NCBI GenBank assembly: GCA_001643675.2 | Contig: LSRY02000025.1 | Coordinates: 496,001-560,000, forward strand | Reading direction: 5' to 3' | DNA: 64,000 nt | Origin: Monocercomonoides exilis PA203 | Taxonomy: Eukaryota > Protista > Preaxostyla | Shown here: piece after piece, positions 22,641-31,971 of the stretch | Layout of the letters: each line of letters begins with the position of its first letter | Numbering within the stretch: position 1 is the stretch's first letter | Translations under genes and position numbers: made by a program | Notes under the pieces: generated by a model | Databases searched by the model: none | What the model saw: only the letters and a program-made list of their open reading frames with translations | Told to the model about the DNA's origin: nothing

Positions 22641-23919
22641 CTTTCTTATTTTCTTGTTTCTATCTTATCTTCTACATTCCATATTGATAAAGAAGAAAAG
22701 TTATGATTTATATAGTTTCAAGTTATCATATTTGTATAATAATTATAAAAAAAGATAAGCAAACGTCCATCTGCATTCAAAATGAATTTGTGATTCTATC
22801 TAATAATGCCGGATTCATATAGTTTCACATTGCATTCATAAAGGCTTCATAATCCAACAACAACATTTAAACAAAAACATAAGATTATCTTTAACAATAA
22901 TCAGTGCATAAAATTAACAAATAATTATATGTTTAATTTATCATTTATTCACAAGTGTATAAACCATCCATCAAACAAAAAAGGCAAAATTCTCTTTTTA
23001 ATAATTCAAAATATAATTGTGGGATTGATCAAAGAATTTTGATTTTTTTAATTTATTTTTTTAAATGTTTTATTTTTTGAAAAATCATTAATATAATAAG
23101 AGTATATAATAATTAACAACCTTTTATCCACTTATTATTTTAAAATTATCAATTTTTATCAAAAATTTGAAAAATTACTCAGATTTATGGGTGATTTTAA
23201 AAAATTGATTTTTCTCAAGGATCGAAAAGAATTTCAAAATTCCAGTCCATACAAATGTTTTGTTGTTAAATATGCTTTTTATTTATCATATTGTTTTAAA
23301 GAATAATCAAGAATTGGAAAAGGACCTTAAATACACCTATGCCGAGTACATTCAAGTATGTTATTCGTTTTATGGTGAATCCGCTTTAAGTGCATTTATC
23401 TGAAAAGACTCTTGTTACGTTTTTTGGAAAATTCATCACCTTGGATCGTTTTGATGATTATTGTTGATTCTCCAAAATCAGCGAGGATTTCTAGACAAAC
23501 CTTGAAGCCACATGGAAGAAGAAGAAACGAATCAAAAAGACAGAACAGACTACGATAGAAATGTTTGATTTAATTAAGGTGTGTTATCCAATTTTTGTAA
23601 CATTTTTGTATTTTTTATTTAAATAAGAAAGAAAGATAGAAATCATCAAAAATTAAAATAAATGTAACATTTTTTGCAATGATGATTTCTAATTTTTTCC
23701 TTTCCATTCTATCTCTTTTTTTCTTTCTCTTTTAGTGTTGCACAGAAGTTCTTTTGACTTTTGTTAATAAAAAACAAATGGTTGGGAAGAAATGATAAAA
23801 GGCAGACTGCTTCAATCAGAAAGGCGAGAATGCGAGCATTTTTTTTTTTGAAAAATGGTATTTCCTCATTTTGAACTTCATATTTTTCTTTTTCTTTGTA
23901 TTCTTTTCTTTGAAAATTT

Positions 23920-24001
23920 TTGATAGAGCGCAGTGAGACAGGTATTGCTCCGAAATAATGAGTTTGATCTTAAATTATGGGTGGTTTGAGTGAAAAACTT
24001 C
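23920..24001. repeat. DIRS 3' terminal repeat (ITR plus terminal extension)
   Basis: 23955-23987 is the exact reverse complement of 29877-29910. 23921-23959 is complementary to ICR 24585-24623. Confidence 0.85.
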
Positions 24002-24112
24002 GCCCTCCCAAATGACGTGGAAAAAAAGGCGAGATGAAAATACAAAACAATAACATTAAAAATTAATAATAATAATAAAATAATGCATTGTCCGCTTCAC
24101 TTCACCACCGAC

Positions 24113-24207
24113 TTCGCCTTTTGCCATGGTCTCGAAGACCAGAGGGCAGGGGACATAGCCCCTCGGAGCTCTCTCCTGCAGGCCGTGCAGGGGTCCGGTG
24201 AGGCGAA
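24113..24207 (-). ncRNA. Putative four-way-junction structured RNA in the DIRS 3' noncoding region
   Basis: 7-bp closing stem UUCGCCU/AGGCGAA encloses three arms: CGGA-CCCCUGCA/UGCAGGAG-UCCG, GGGG/CCCC, and UGCC-UGGUC[UUCGA]GACCA-GGCA. Confidence 0.45.
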
Positions 24208-24217
24208 AGCTCAAAAT

Positions 24218-24277
24218 GGAGCAGAAAGAAAAACCACTCTCGCTTTCGCGAGGCGTGGAAAAGAAAACTGCGTGTCC
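24218..24277 (-). ncRNA. ENE-like triple-helix-forming RNA hairpin
   Basis: Sense strand reads GGA-CAC-GCAG UUUUCUUUU CCAC-GC-CUCGC GAAA GCGAG-A-GUGG UUUUUCUUU CUGC-UCC: a symmetric U-rich internal loop between GC-rich stems, capped by a GNRA tetraloop. Confidence 0.65.
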
Positions 24278-24584
24278 TTTGCTCTGCCTCCCGCTCTTCT
24301 ACTGATCCAGCAGAGCTAATCCGCTCGCCACACGCTGTATGGACCAGTCTGACTCTTCTCTTTGCACTTTCTTGCCATGAATTAAAGGAGTAAGGTTCTT
24401 CTTAACGGTTTCACTGACTTTCCTGTTTGTCAATTCAGGTTATGTGTGCACTTGATATCTCTGGACGGTTTCTCTCTTTCTATCTCCTCTGCTATCTCGC
24501 CACTTTTTTCTCGTCCTATTCTTCCCAACATGTTTCTCTCTCGTTCTAGCACCCAGCCGCTCTGAGTCTCTCCATCCGCATTAA

Positions 24585-24684
24585 TATTATTTCGGAGCAA
24601 ATCCTGTCTCACTGCGTTCTATCAATTCGCAATAGAGCGAATATACGAACGCAAGGAGCAGGTTTGCTCCTCAATAATGAGTTT
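24585..24684. repeat. DIRS internal complementary region (ICR)
   Basis: 24585-24623 is complementary to one terminus (23921-23959) and 24625-24684 to the other (about 29899-29957). The halves join at tctatcaattcgcaat. Confidence 0.9.
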
Positions 24685-24792
24685 TGAAATCCCTCGTTCT
24701 CTTCTCTCCTCTGATCTTAAACCCTCCTGCCTAGCACCTTGTCGTGCGGCGGGTGAACAGAGGGACTGCGGATGAAGGTGCGGCCTCTATCC

Positions 24793-26025
24793 CTACTCCC
24801 TCCCCCTCTTGCGCTGTCTTCGGGGGGTTCTCGATCGGGTCTTCTGTACTTGAGCGGGCATGACAATTTGTCCTATGCTTCTCTCTCCGCGTTTCCTCCG
24901 ATCGGTCTCGAGTTTCTTCTGCAAGGCAGGTTGTATGCCCTCCGCCAGCTCCATGATGCTGCGGGGAATTATGGAAGGTGTCTCATCACCCTTGGGGGGT
25001 TGTGCTATATCGTCCTCATGATGCGAACTCTTCTCTCGAATCGACCCTCGTCTCTTCGAATTCTTTCTCTTGCTCGTCTCCGCTTCTCCCCCAGATTGTG
25101 ATGTTTCTTCAGGACACTCCTTTGTTTCAGATTCTGTATTCTCATTTGAAATTTCTTTTCCTTTGCTGTCCTTCTCCGACTTTCCTCCCTTCTCTGCCAG
25201 GGGTACTGGGCCACCGATTGTCTCCAGGATCCATCTCGTGTCCTGAACTGGGAACACGGTGTAATACTCCTGGGCTACTCTAGAGCCTGGCTCCCATCTC
25301 GCGTACGCATTGATTGCTTTCCAATCTGCAGCTTGTTGTCTTGCTAAGTGCGTTATCACAGCGTGTCTTATCGAGTACGCGGTAAATGTGTGGGGTATTC
25401 CGTTCTCTCTCAGGACAGCCACTAATTCTTCTTTAATCCTCTGCAAATTTGCAGGTTGCCTCTCCTTGATATCGAACCACACATGTTCGTCTCTTAAGGT
25501 TGTCTTTGTATAATCCATCCAGCGTTGGAGCGCTACAACCGCATCGATACGTGGGTTTGGATGCTTATTTATAATAACCTTAACAGTCTCTCCCCCTGAA
25601 GTTTTTGTTTGTACTTGTGTCTGGACTAAATCCTCTTTAAGTATCGTTGTCTCTCTTATCATTCTCTCCAGCTCTGTTGGTCTTAAAGCACCAAAGATCA
25701 TGGTGAGGATGAGAGCTCTCCTCTGAATGATCTGTGGGTCCGTTATATCGTGGGTGACTTCCGCCCATTTTGAAATAATTGTGAGATCCCACATCGTCTT
25801 GTACCGTTTGCCATTTCTCGGTTTCTCTCCCACATTAGTCTTCAGATATATTTCTATGTCCTTTCGATCAATCTTGGTATCTCTCAAAAGGTTAATGGAC
25901 TCCAGCACTTTCCGTACTGTCTGATTTATCACTCCACTTGAGATGTTCGTATTCGAGAGTGTTTCGATGAACTCTGCCATAATCCATTTTGCATCTTTTG
26001 TTGTGAGGGGGTCAGTGTCATCCAT
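24793..26025 (-). CDS. DIRS tyrosine recombinase (YR) domain with basic C-terminal tail
   Basis: ALRPTEL (Arg), QTKT (Lys), AYSIRHA (HxxR variant), ARW and QEYY (Tyr). The frame continues upstream past a stop at 26146. Confidence 0.85.
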   Translation of the reverse strand: MDDTDPLTTKDAKWIMAEFIETLSNTNISSGVINQTVRKVLESINLLRDTKIDRKDIEIYLKTNVGEKPRNGKRYKTMWDLTIISKWAEVTHDITDPQIIQRRALILTMIFGALRPTELERMIRETTILKEDLVQTQVQTKTSGGETVKVIINKHPNPRIDAVVALQRWMDYTKTTLRDEHVWFDIKERQPANLQRIKEELVAVLRENGIPHTFTAYSIRHAVITHLARQQAADWKAINAYARWEPGSRVAQEYYTVFPVQDTRWILETIGGPVPLAEKGGKSEKDSKGKEISNENTESETKECPEETSQSGGEAETSKRKNSKRRGSIREKSSHHEDDIAQPPKGDETPSIIPRSIMELAEGIQPALQKKLETDRRKRGERSIGQIVMPAQVQKTRSRTPRRQRKRGRE

Positions 26026-26099
26026 GCTCTCTCTATCTAGAAATTGTTTGAATCTTCGCAGCGCTCTCCACGTATCTCTTTCACTCTTCTGATTTCTAA

Positions 26100-28146
26100 G
26101 TATTGCTGCTGCTATGTCCTTCGCTCCAACGTGTTCTCCCCATGTTTAGAAGAGATCTCTCCCCTGAATATTCTCTTCTCCGGAGTAACGCCTATTACCT
26201 CTCCTGGGGGTAATTTCCAGCCTTCCCTTCTCATCTTCGTTCCCGGTATCATACACTCCTGAAAGGTCCCCAGGGTCATTATCGAATGCCCAGGCTGCAG
26301 CAGCGGGTTCCAGGTCTGCCCCCGCTAGGCTGGCAGAATCAGAATCGTCAGATCCCTCTGGGCTTCCTTCATCTTCTCTTTCATCACTAGTCCAATGTTT
26401 CTCAGGAACGGGTGGACTAGTACTATCTCGTTTTCTGGTGCTTCTCTCTCTCCTCCTTCTCACGGAGGATAGTCTCCAAGTACTTCCGCAGGACACCGGT
26501 GCAATTGGTTCTGAAATTATATCTTGTGTTCTCGGTGCGACTATTCGCAATATCTCCGCGACCTTCTCCCCCCTCAGTGCGTAGTCCGGCTTTTTCTTCA
26601 TCCAGCTGAGAACATCTGTTTCCGTGTTCTGCTCTCCCGGGAGGTGTTCCGTCTGTATCGGAATGTCCAGGCTGTTCAGTTTCTTCTATAATGCTCTCAG
26701 TGTTGGGATGAGCGATGGTGCTCCACTTTTCTTCTGTATTGTCCATCTCGTGGACATGTTGTCTGTCTTCAGACAAATATGATCTATCTTCTGTTCTTTC
26801 AGCCATGCTCCCTTTCTCTCTAGTGTCCTCAACACTGCTCTGGACTCCTTCTCGTTTATCGCTAACGCGCTCTCCTGGGGGGTCCAACTCCCGTGGATAT
26901 ATATCTTCTCCTCTTTGTTCTCTGTTGGTATTGTTAGTACTGCACCCCATCCCAGCTCTGAAGCATCCGTTGTTAGCTCTGCTGGTCTGTTCCTTCTCCT
27001 TAGACACCTCGGTCTGTTCTCTCGCAGAGTTTTCCTCCAATGTGTTAGTTCTCCTAACATCATTGGGTTGGGTATCACCGTTCCATTCCAGACTCCGCGG
27101 GCTATTGCATGCCTCAGCACGTATTGCATACGCTTCATCCACAAGCTCGCTGGTGGGTGTTGTAATCTCACGAAATTCAACCTCCCGAGGAGCGCTGCTA
27201 AGTCCCTCGTCTTTTGTATCCTCCTCTTCTTTGCATGTGCTATCCATTTTCGCATATCCTCCAGTAGCAGCACTCTCTTCCTTTCTTGGTGCGTCACTTC
27301 CATCTTCTCTGAGTTCCACAACCAACCCAGAAACTCCACGCTCCTTGCGGGTTCCAACTTCAGCTTCTCCTCCGATAGTATCCAGCCCAGATTTCTCAGG
27401 AACTGGGCTATCTCCTGTGAGATCGATCTCAATGCATCCCTGTCTGGGTGCATGAGGAGAATTTCGTCCAGATATATCACCAGCTTTTCCTTCCACTGTT
27501 CTCTGATATATGACGCTGCCCGTCTCATTATCTTCGTGAATACTCTGTGCGCATCCTTTGCCCCAAATGGCATCCCCACGTAGGCGTAGCAGTGACTCTG
27601 AAAGCTGAAGCACAGATAGGGACTGAATTGTTCGTCCACTTTTATATGTGAATAAGCACTCGATATGTCGAGAGTGGTCATCCAATCGTTCTCCTCCAGG
27701 AGTTCCACCACCGTCTCCAGAGAATCCATCTTGAAGTGTTTTCCCTTTCCTACCTCGTTTAGAGCCCAGCAGTCCCAGATCTTTCTCCACTTTCCGTTCT
27801 TCTTTCGAACCATGAATGTCGGGTTGAACCACTTCACCTCCGACTCCTGTATGGGCTTCACCACTCCTTCCTTCAATTCCTCGTCCAAGAAGGATAAATA
27901 ATTGTTCGTCATCTCCGTCGTCCCTCAAAACTCTTGTTTGTATTTTCTCTCCTCGAGTGAGATTGGGAACTGGGGACTTCTCCATCGGGCTTTTATACCA
28001 CGGCTCACTCGTTTGTCTCCCCCAATCTTCTTCCACTCGCTCAGCCTGTTCACTAGTCTCCCAGGAAGTGGCTCCCTCGGTGGTTCAATCGCTATCCTCC
28101 CCTTCACTCCTGGCGTCCTGTGGCCAAACTGTATCTGTGTATTCAC
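26100..28146 (-). pseudogene. DIRS pol: reverse transcriptase, RNase H and methyltransferase-like domain (disrupted)
   Basis: RT: LDISSAYSH, GMPFG, IYLDE (YxDD mutated), EFLGW. RNase H: TTDASELGWG, INEKE, TDN. MT-like VLVHPFLRNI..ILILPA*RGQTW in a shifted frame at about 26300-26430. Frameshifts near 27920 and 26500; TAG at 26686. Confidence 0.9.
26423..28036 (-). CDS. 537-aa alternative-frame ORF overlapping RT/RNase H (probable N-terminal part of the YR ORF)
   Basis: Stop-free for 1.6 kb. The single frameshift near 26500 that repairs RT-MT also joins this frame to the YR frame. Confidence 0.55.
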   Translation of the reverse strand: MEEDWGRQTSEPWYKSPMEKSPVPNLTRGEKIQTRVLRDDGDDEQLFILLGRGIEGRSGEAHTGVGGEVVQPDIHGSKEERKVEKDLGLLGSKRGRKGKTLQDGFSGDGGGTPGGERLDDHSRHIECLFTYKSGRTIQSLSVLQLSESLLRLRGDAIWGKGCAQSIHEDNETGSVIYQRTVEGKAGDISGRNSPHAPRQGCIEIDLTGDSPVPEKSGLDTIGGEAEVGTRKERGVSGLVVELREDGSDAPRKEESAATGGYAKMDSTCKEEEDTKDEGLSSAPREVEFREITTPTSELVDEAYAIRAEACNSPRSLEWNGDTQPNDVRRTNTLEENSAREQTEVSKEKEQTSRANNGCFRAGMGCSTNNTNREQRGEDIYPRELDPPGERVSDKREGVQSSVEDTREKGSMAERTEDRSYLSEDRQHVHEMDNTEEKWSTIAHPNTESIIEETEQPGHSDTDGTPPGRAEHGNRCSQLDEEKAGLRTEGGEGRGDIANSRTENTRYNFRTNCTGVLRKYLETILREKEEREKHQKTR

Positions 28147-28580
28147 TTCTCCTTTGAGAGTATCTTATATTGCTGTCTTCGAGCTCACTTCCAGATCACT
28201 CTCAATTAGGGATTCGATAACAGTCCCAGAAGCTCTCCAAACTATCTTCACTCCCTCCTTCAGGGATTCCTGATCGTTCTTCTGTTTTGTCCCGTGGGGA
28301 TATACGGAATCTTCCTCTGTGTTCTCTCTCCATGTTCCCATCTCGTGGTCTCTCGAGATTCCTTGATTTATCCTCTTTTCTCTATCGAACGGGCTCAGTA
28401 CCTCTTCGTTGTTCTCGCAGACTTCCAAGGGTTCCTCCCCTGTGACTGTCTGTCGATTGATTGGGACCTCCCGTAGTACTGTCATTCCCTTGGGCTCTGA
28501 CAGCATCATGTCCGTCCCTGTCTCGCTGCAAAGCGCGGCTCTCTCTTCTCTCTCTGTCTCGCGACAAAGCGCGGATATCT

Positions 28581-29834
28581 CTAAGCCCACTGGCTCGTTC
28601 CAGTAGATGTTCCTGCTGCTGATTCTCCCTGTATCCTCGGGGGAGCTGGAGGAAGGGGGACTGTGAACGAGGGAGCTCTCCCAGCTGTTGCTGGGGCCTG
28701 TTGTGGTCGAGTTTGTGTTGACCTCCTTCTTTGTTTGAAATTTGCAAAACTCCCATCGAAACCTTGCTTTTGGAATTGTCTGTAGGCAAAGCCTTGAGCG
28801 TTTCTGCCTGTGCTGAACTTTCCTGGGCGCACGCCCCTGACTGGTGTAAGGCCGAAGGTTGTGGAAGAAACGGGGGATGCTCCGTACCCTGGAGCATCCC
28901 CCCCTGGACGAAAAAAGCTGGTGCTATCCACTAATCTCCTAAAACTCTCTGGGATGTCCTTGGACATTCCCCCGTCCAGAAAACATTAAACATTCTCCCA
29001 GCTTGACTGAGGAATAACTTTCAGCATATTTATGCGGCTAATACAGTCTGCTATTAGGGTGTACGCGCAAAAGAGCCCACTCAGTCGCTCTTTCTCTTCT
29101 TCCTCTAAGCACGTCCTTTTCAATACTCTTGTAGTGAGGGCTGCAATCGCCTTCGCGGCTTCAAACCCCGATTTCAGGGAGGGCTGAAGTAGCTCGATAA
29201 CCCGGGCGGCTTCTGCAGAGTCCTTTCTTCCCTTAGCAGTGACCCATGTGACCGCTAAGGCGTTCCAATTCGCATCAGTGTGTCTGGTGAAAAAGTTCTT
29301 CTCAGTCTCCGAGATAAATGTGTTCAAGATGTCGTCATTTTATCTGATTGATCCGGCCTCACAAAAATCCATGAATCTTTTCAGTTCACCCGCCTGTCTC
29401 CTGGGCGTCAACCATACGTCTGGGAAAATTCCCAAAATGTCATCCGATCTTTCTTGCTTTTCTTCCCGCTTCTCTGTACTCCCGGAGTCGCTATCGCTGC
29501 TTCCTTCTTCGTCCCATCTCCTCATCAGCTCCCGTGTGCGACCGCTCCTCAATCGTTTTCGCTGTTTCCTCTTCGTGATCGTGTCAGTAAAATCTGATAC
29601 TGACTCCGATTCGCTCGATCTCGACTGGGATCTCTTCCTTTGACGCTCTCTCTTAACCTTTTTCATTGTTAGCATTCCCATTACTCCCGAGCGGCTCGGA
29701 ACTGCTCGGCTTCTCGCCATTTCCTCAATCATATTTTCCACTCTAGAAAGTCTATGTGCAAGATCAAATCCTCTGTCCTCGCTGTCACTGTTTTCCATTC
29801 TAACAGGATCTTGTGTCATTATTACTGCGGACAA
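28581..29834 (-). pseudogene. DIRS gag-like ORF (disrupted)
   Basis: First coding region after the 5' ITR. Pieces 29834-29340, 29327-28986 and 28967-28581 comprise an RS-rich N-terminus, a helical core and an R/G/F/Q-rich tail. Assigned by position. Confidence 0.6.
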
Positions 29835-29863
29835 TGGTGTGTAAAAAATGTTTATTTGTTAGA

Positions 29864-29957
29864 GAAGTTTGATCTTAAACCACCCATAATTTAAGATCAA
29901 ACTCATTATTGAGGAGCAAACCTGCTCCTTGCGTTCGGATATTCGCTCTATTGCGAA
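29864..29957. repeat. DIRS 5' terminal repeat (ITR plus terminal extension) with internal hairpins
   Basis: Inverted match to 23955-24001 and to the ICR. Hairpins agtttgatcttaaa/tttaagatcaaact and aggagca/tgctcct. Confidence 0.85.
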
Positions 29958-31672
29958 ATTGGTTTATTTTGCGAATTTTAAAAACAAATTTCACTCAAAA
30001 ACGGATTCGTCTTGCAGATCCTTATCAATTCAGACTCAGCAACATGCAGTAACAAGCGAAGGCACTCATCCTCATCGTATTTGTTAGCCTGTGTTTTTTT
30101 TGACAGCATCTGCCTATGAATGTGCCTTTCTTATTTCTTTCCATCAAAATTGTTGAATCGCTCAGAACAATGCTGAACAGCAGCTGGATGGAGAGAAGAC
30201 GCATTTGCAGAATGGAAATGCTGCTGCATTCAGCTGAGTCTACTTGCAGATGCGAAGGGGAAGAAGGGGAAGAAGAGGTCAGAGTTATCAATCCGTTTGA
30301 AGAGGAAGTGAAGGAAGTGAAGGAAAGAGATGAAAAGAAATGAAGAGGAAATATTGAAAAAGAAAGAGAAGACAAAAAAGATGAGAAAGAAAGAAAGAAT
30401 GAAAGTGAGAAAGAAAGATGAGGAATATTTGGATGAATATTAAAAGGACGATGGAAGAAACAATAAAAAATACTTTTGAATAGAAGAGCAGAAATGTTAA
30501 CTGGATGGGAAAACAATAGATTTCATTCAAAAGGGGAAGGAAAGGATTGTCAAAAAGAGCGAAAGAAATGAAATGAAAAATCGGGAAATGATTTATTTTA
30601 TTGGAGAATTCGATGAAGAGTGGAATATAACTTGCTAATTTCGAATTATTTTAAGACAAAAATCTTGCTTTTCATTTGAAAAAGAAAAATCTTCTCTTTT
30701 TGTTTCATTTCTGTTCTTTTTTTTTCTTCAGTTAACAGTAATCAAATAAAAATTAATTCTTTCATGGATTTTTTTCAAAAAGTCTTTCATAGAACTTCTT
30801 TAAAGAAACTTCAAAACGAAGGAATGACTATTAAATGCTGGCTCGCAGCATTATCATTGAACTACAACAAAAACAAAAATAAAATGATATTCAGCAATCA
30901 AGAATTAAAATATAACAATAATTACAAACCAAATATTTTTTCATAAATGATAACCTCCTGATTTGTAAAAACACGTCGTACACACAAATCGCAATGTTTT
31001 TGATCATTCAAACAAAAAATGAGTCATTACAAATAAAAGAATGTTTGAAACATAAAAATTTTAAAGCGGATGTAATAAATATCCTCATTCAAACTTTTCT
31101 CTTGAACATCTGAGTTTTGTCAACGATGAATAAGAAAAAAATGATTTTTCTTTCTCTGTTTGTTGTTATGGATTCAACGATCAAAAATCTTTGATTTATC
31201 TCGAATATTTATTGACAGAATGGGAGATTGACGAGTTAACATACCCCACATAATTTGTTTATTTTTTCCCCATGAATGCATGAATCACAGGAAAAGTACT
31301 TGTCACTATGGGATCATTAGTGAAAATTATGCTCATTGAAGCCAAGGATATCAATTCTTATTTGAAATGTGAATATTTGAATGTTTGCACTTTGTAATTT
31401 TTATTTTGTTGTTTACGACAAAATTGGTTCCATTGTCGCCTTTTTAGGAATCAAAAATTTGACGGATTGAATTAAAAGTTATTCATTTTGTTTTTCTGAG
31501 CAGAACATCAGAAGAGAGCAAGATGCCGAGATCCATTCAGCAGATGTGAAACGAATATTTTTTGCATTCAACTTGAGCAGGTGATGAAAAAGCAAATAAG
31601 ATAGAAAGTGTTTGGAAGAAGGAAAATAGAGGAATTACAATAATTTGATTAAAGTTGGAAAGAAAAAACGAG

Positions 31673-31675
<3 letters not shown>

Positions 31676-31729
<54 letters not shown>
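31676..31729. repeat. Poly-T tract (~54 nt) upstream of the giant receptor gene
   Basis: Directly visible. Confidence 0.9.
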
Positions 31730-31733
<4 letters not shown>

Positions 31734-31971
31734 ATAATGAAAGGAAAATTATTGTCTAAAAATATCGATCAAATAATAAACAGTTGCTTTATTTTGTTGG
31801 TAAATGTGCACTTTTTATATTTTCGTTGATTTGATTTGTTCCAAATTTTAATCGAAATTTCTTTTTTATAACTTAAGGGCATTCCGGAAAATCAACAAAA
31901 TAAAACATTTTATTGGATCAGTTAAACAGTTTGTTTCCAAAGTTGTCCTGCTCTCTTTGCCTTCAAGAAGA

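Larger units (their letters stand above)
19597..23343. mobile_element. Non-autonomous long-TIR DNA transposon carrying host-gene fragments (Pack-MULE-like)
   Basis: TIRs at about 19597-19960 and 22978-23343 start GGCATAGG, with the outer 135 bp identical. Perfect 8-bp TSD GAGTACAT at 19589-19596 and 23344-23351. No transposase inside. Confidence 0.9.
19401..23580 (+). pseudogene. Host gene of unknown function interrupted by the 19597-23343 element
   Basis: An exon reading ...QYAEPSRCRILST stops at the left TSD. After the right TSD it resumes (ST)F-aa|gtatgt at a splice donor. A further exon-like block at about 23494-23578 ends in aag|gtgtgt. Confidence 0.45.
23920..29957 (-). mobile_element. 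Full-length, decayed DIRS1-type tyrosine-recombinase retrotransposon (~6.0 kb)
   Basis: gag-like, RT/RNase H/MT-like and YR regions on the minus strand. Inverted terminal repeats plus an internal complementary region matching both ends. More GC-rich than its flanks. No TSD. Confidence 0.92.

Noticed and set aside
24100-24210. HDV-like ribozyme (UCCGAGGGG..CCCC and GGCGAA resemble HDV P4 and J4/2)
   Set aside because: No convincing P1, P3 or P1.1 pairing could be built.
24195-24216. Hammerhead-like ccggtgag-gcgaaagc-tcaaaa on the + strand
   Set aside because: Three core mismatches to CUGANGA/GAAA, no stems I and III, and antisense to the element.
24793-26025. Phage integrase or bacterial contamination
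   Set aside because: The YR is embedded in a DIRS element with RT/RNase H and an ICR, amid intron-containing genes.
26300-29345. In-frame TAG codons in the DIRS ORFs as evidence of stop-codon reassignment
   Set aside because: One replaces a conserved Trp, frameshifts co-occur, and host genes end in TAA, so simple decay explains them.
30025-30530. Short ORFs next to the DIRS 5' end
   Set aside because: Outside the element terminus, low complexity, and no assignable product.
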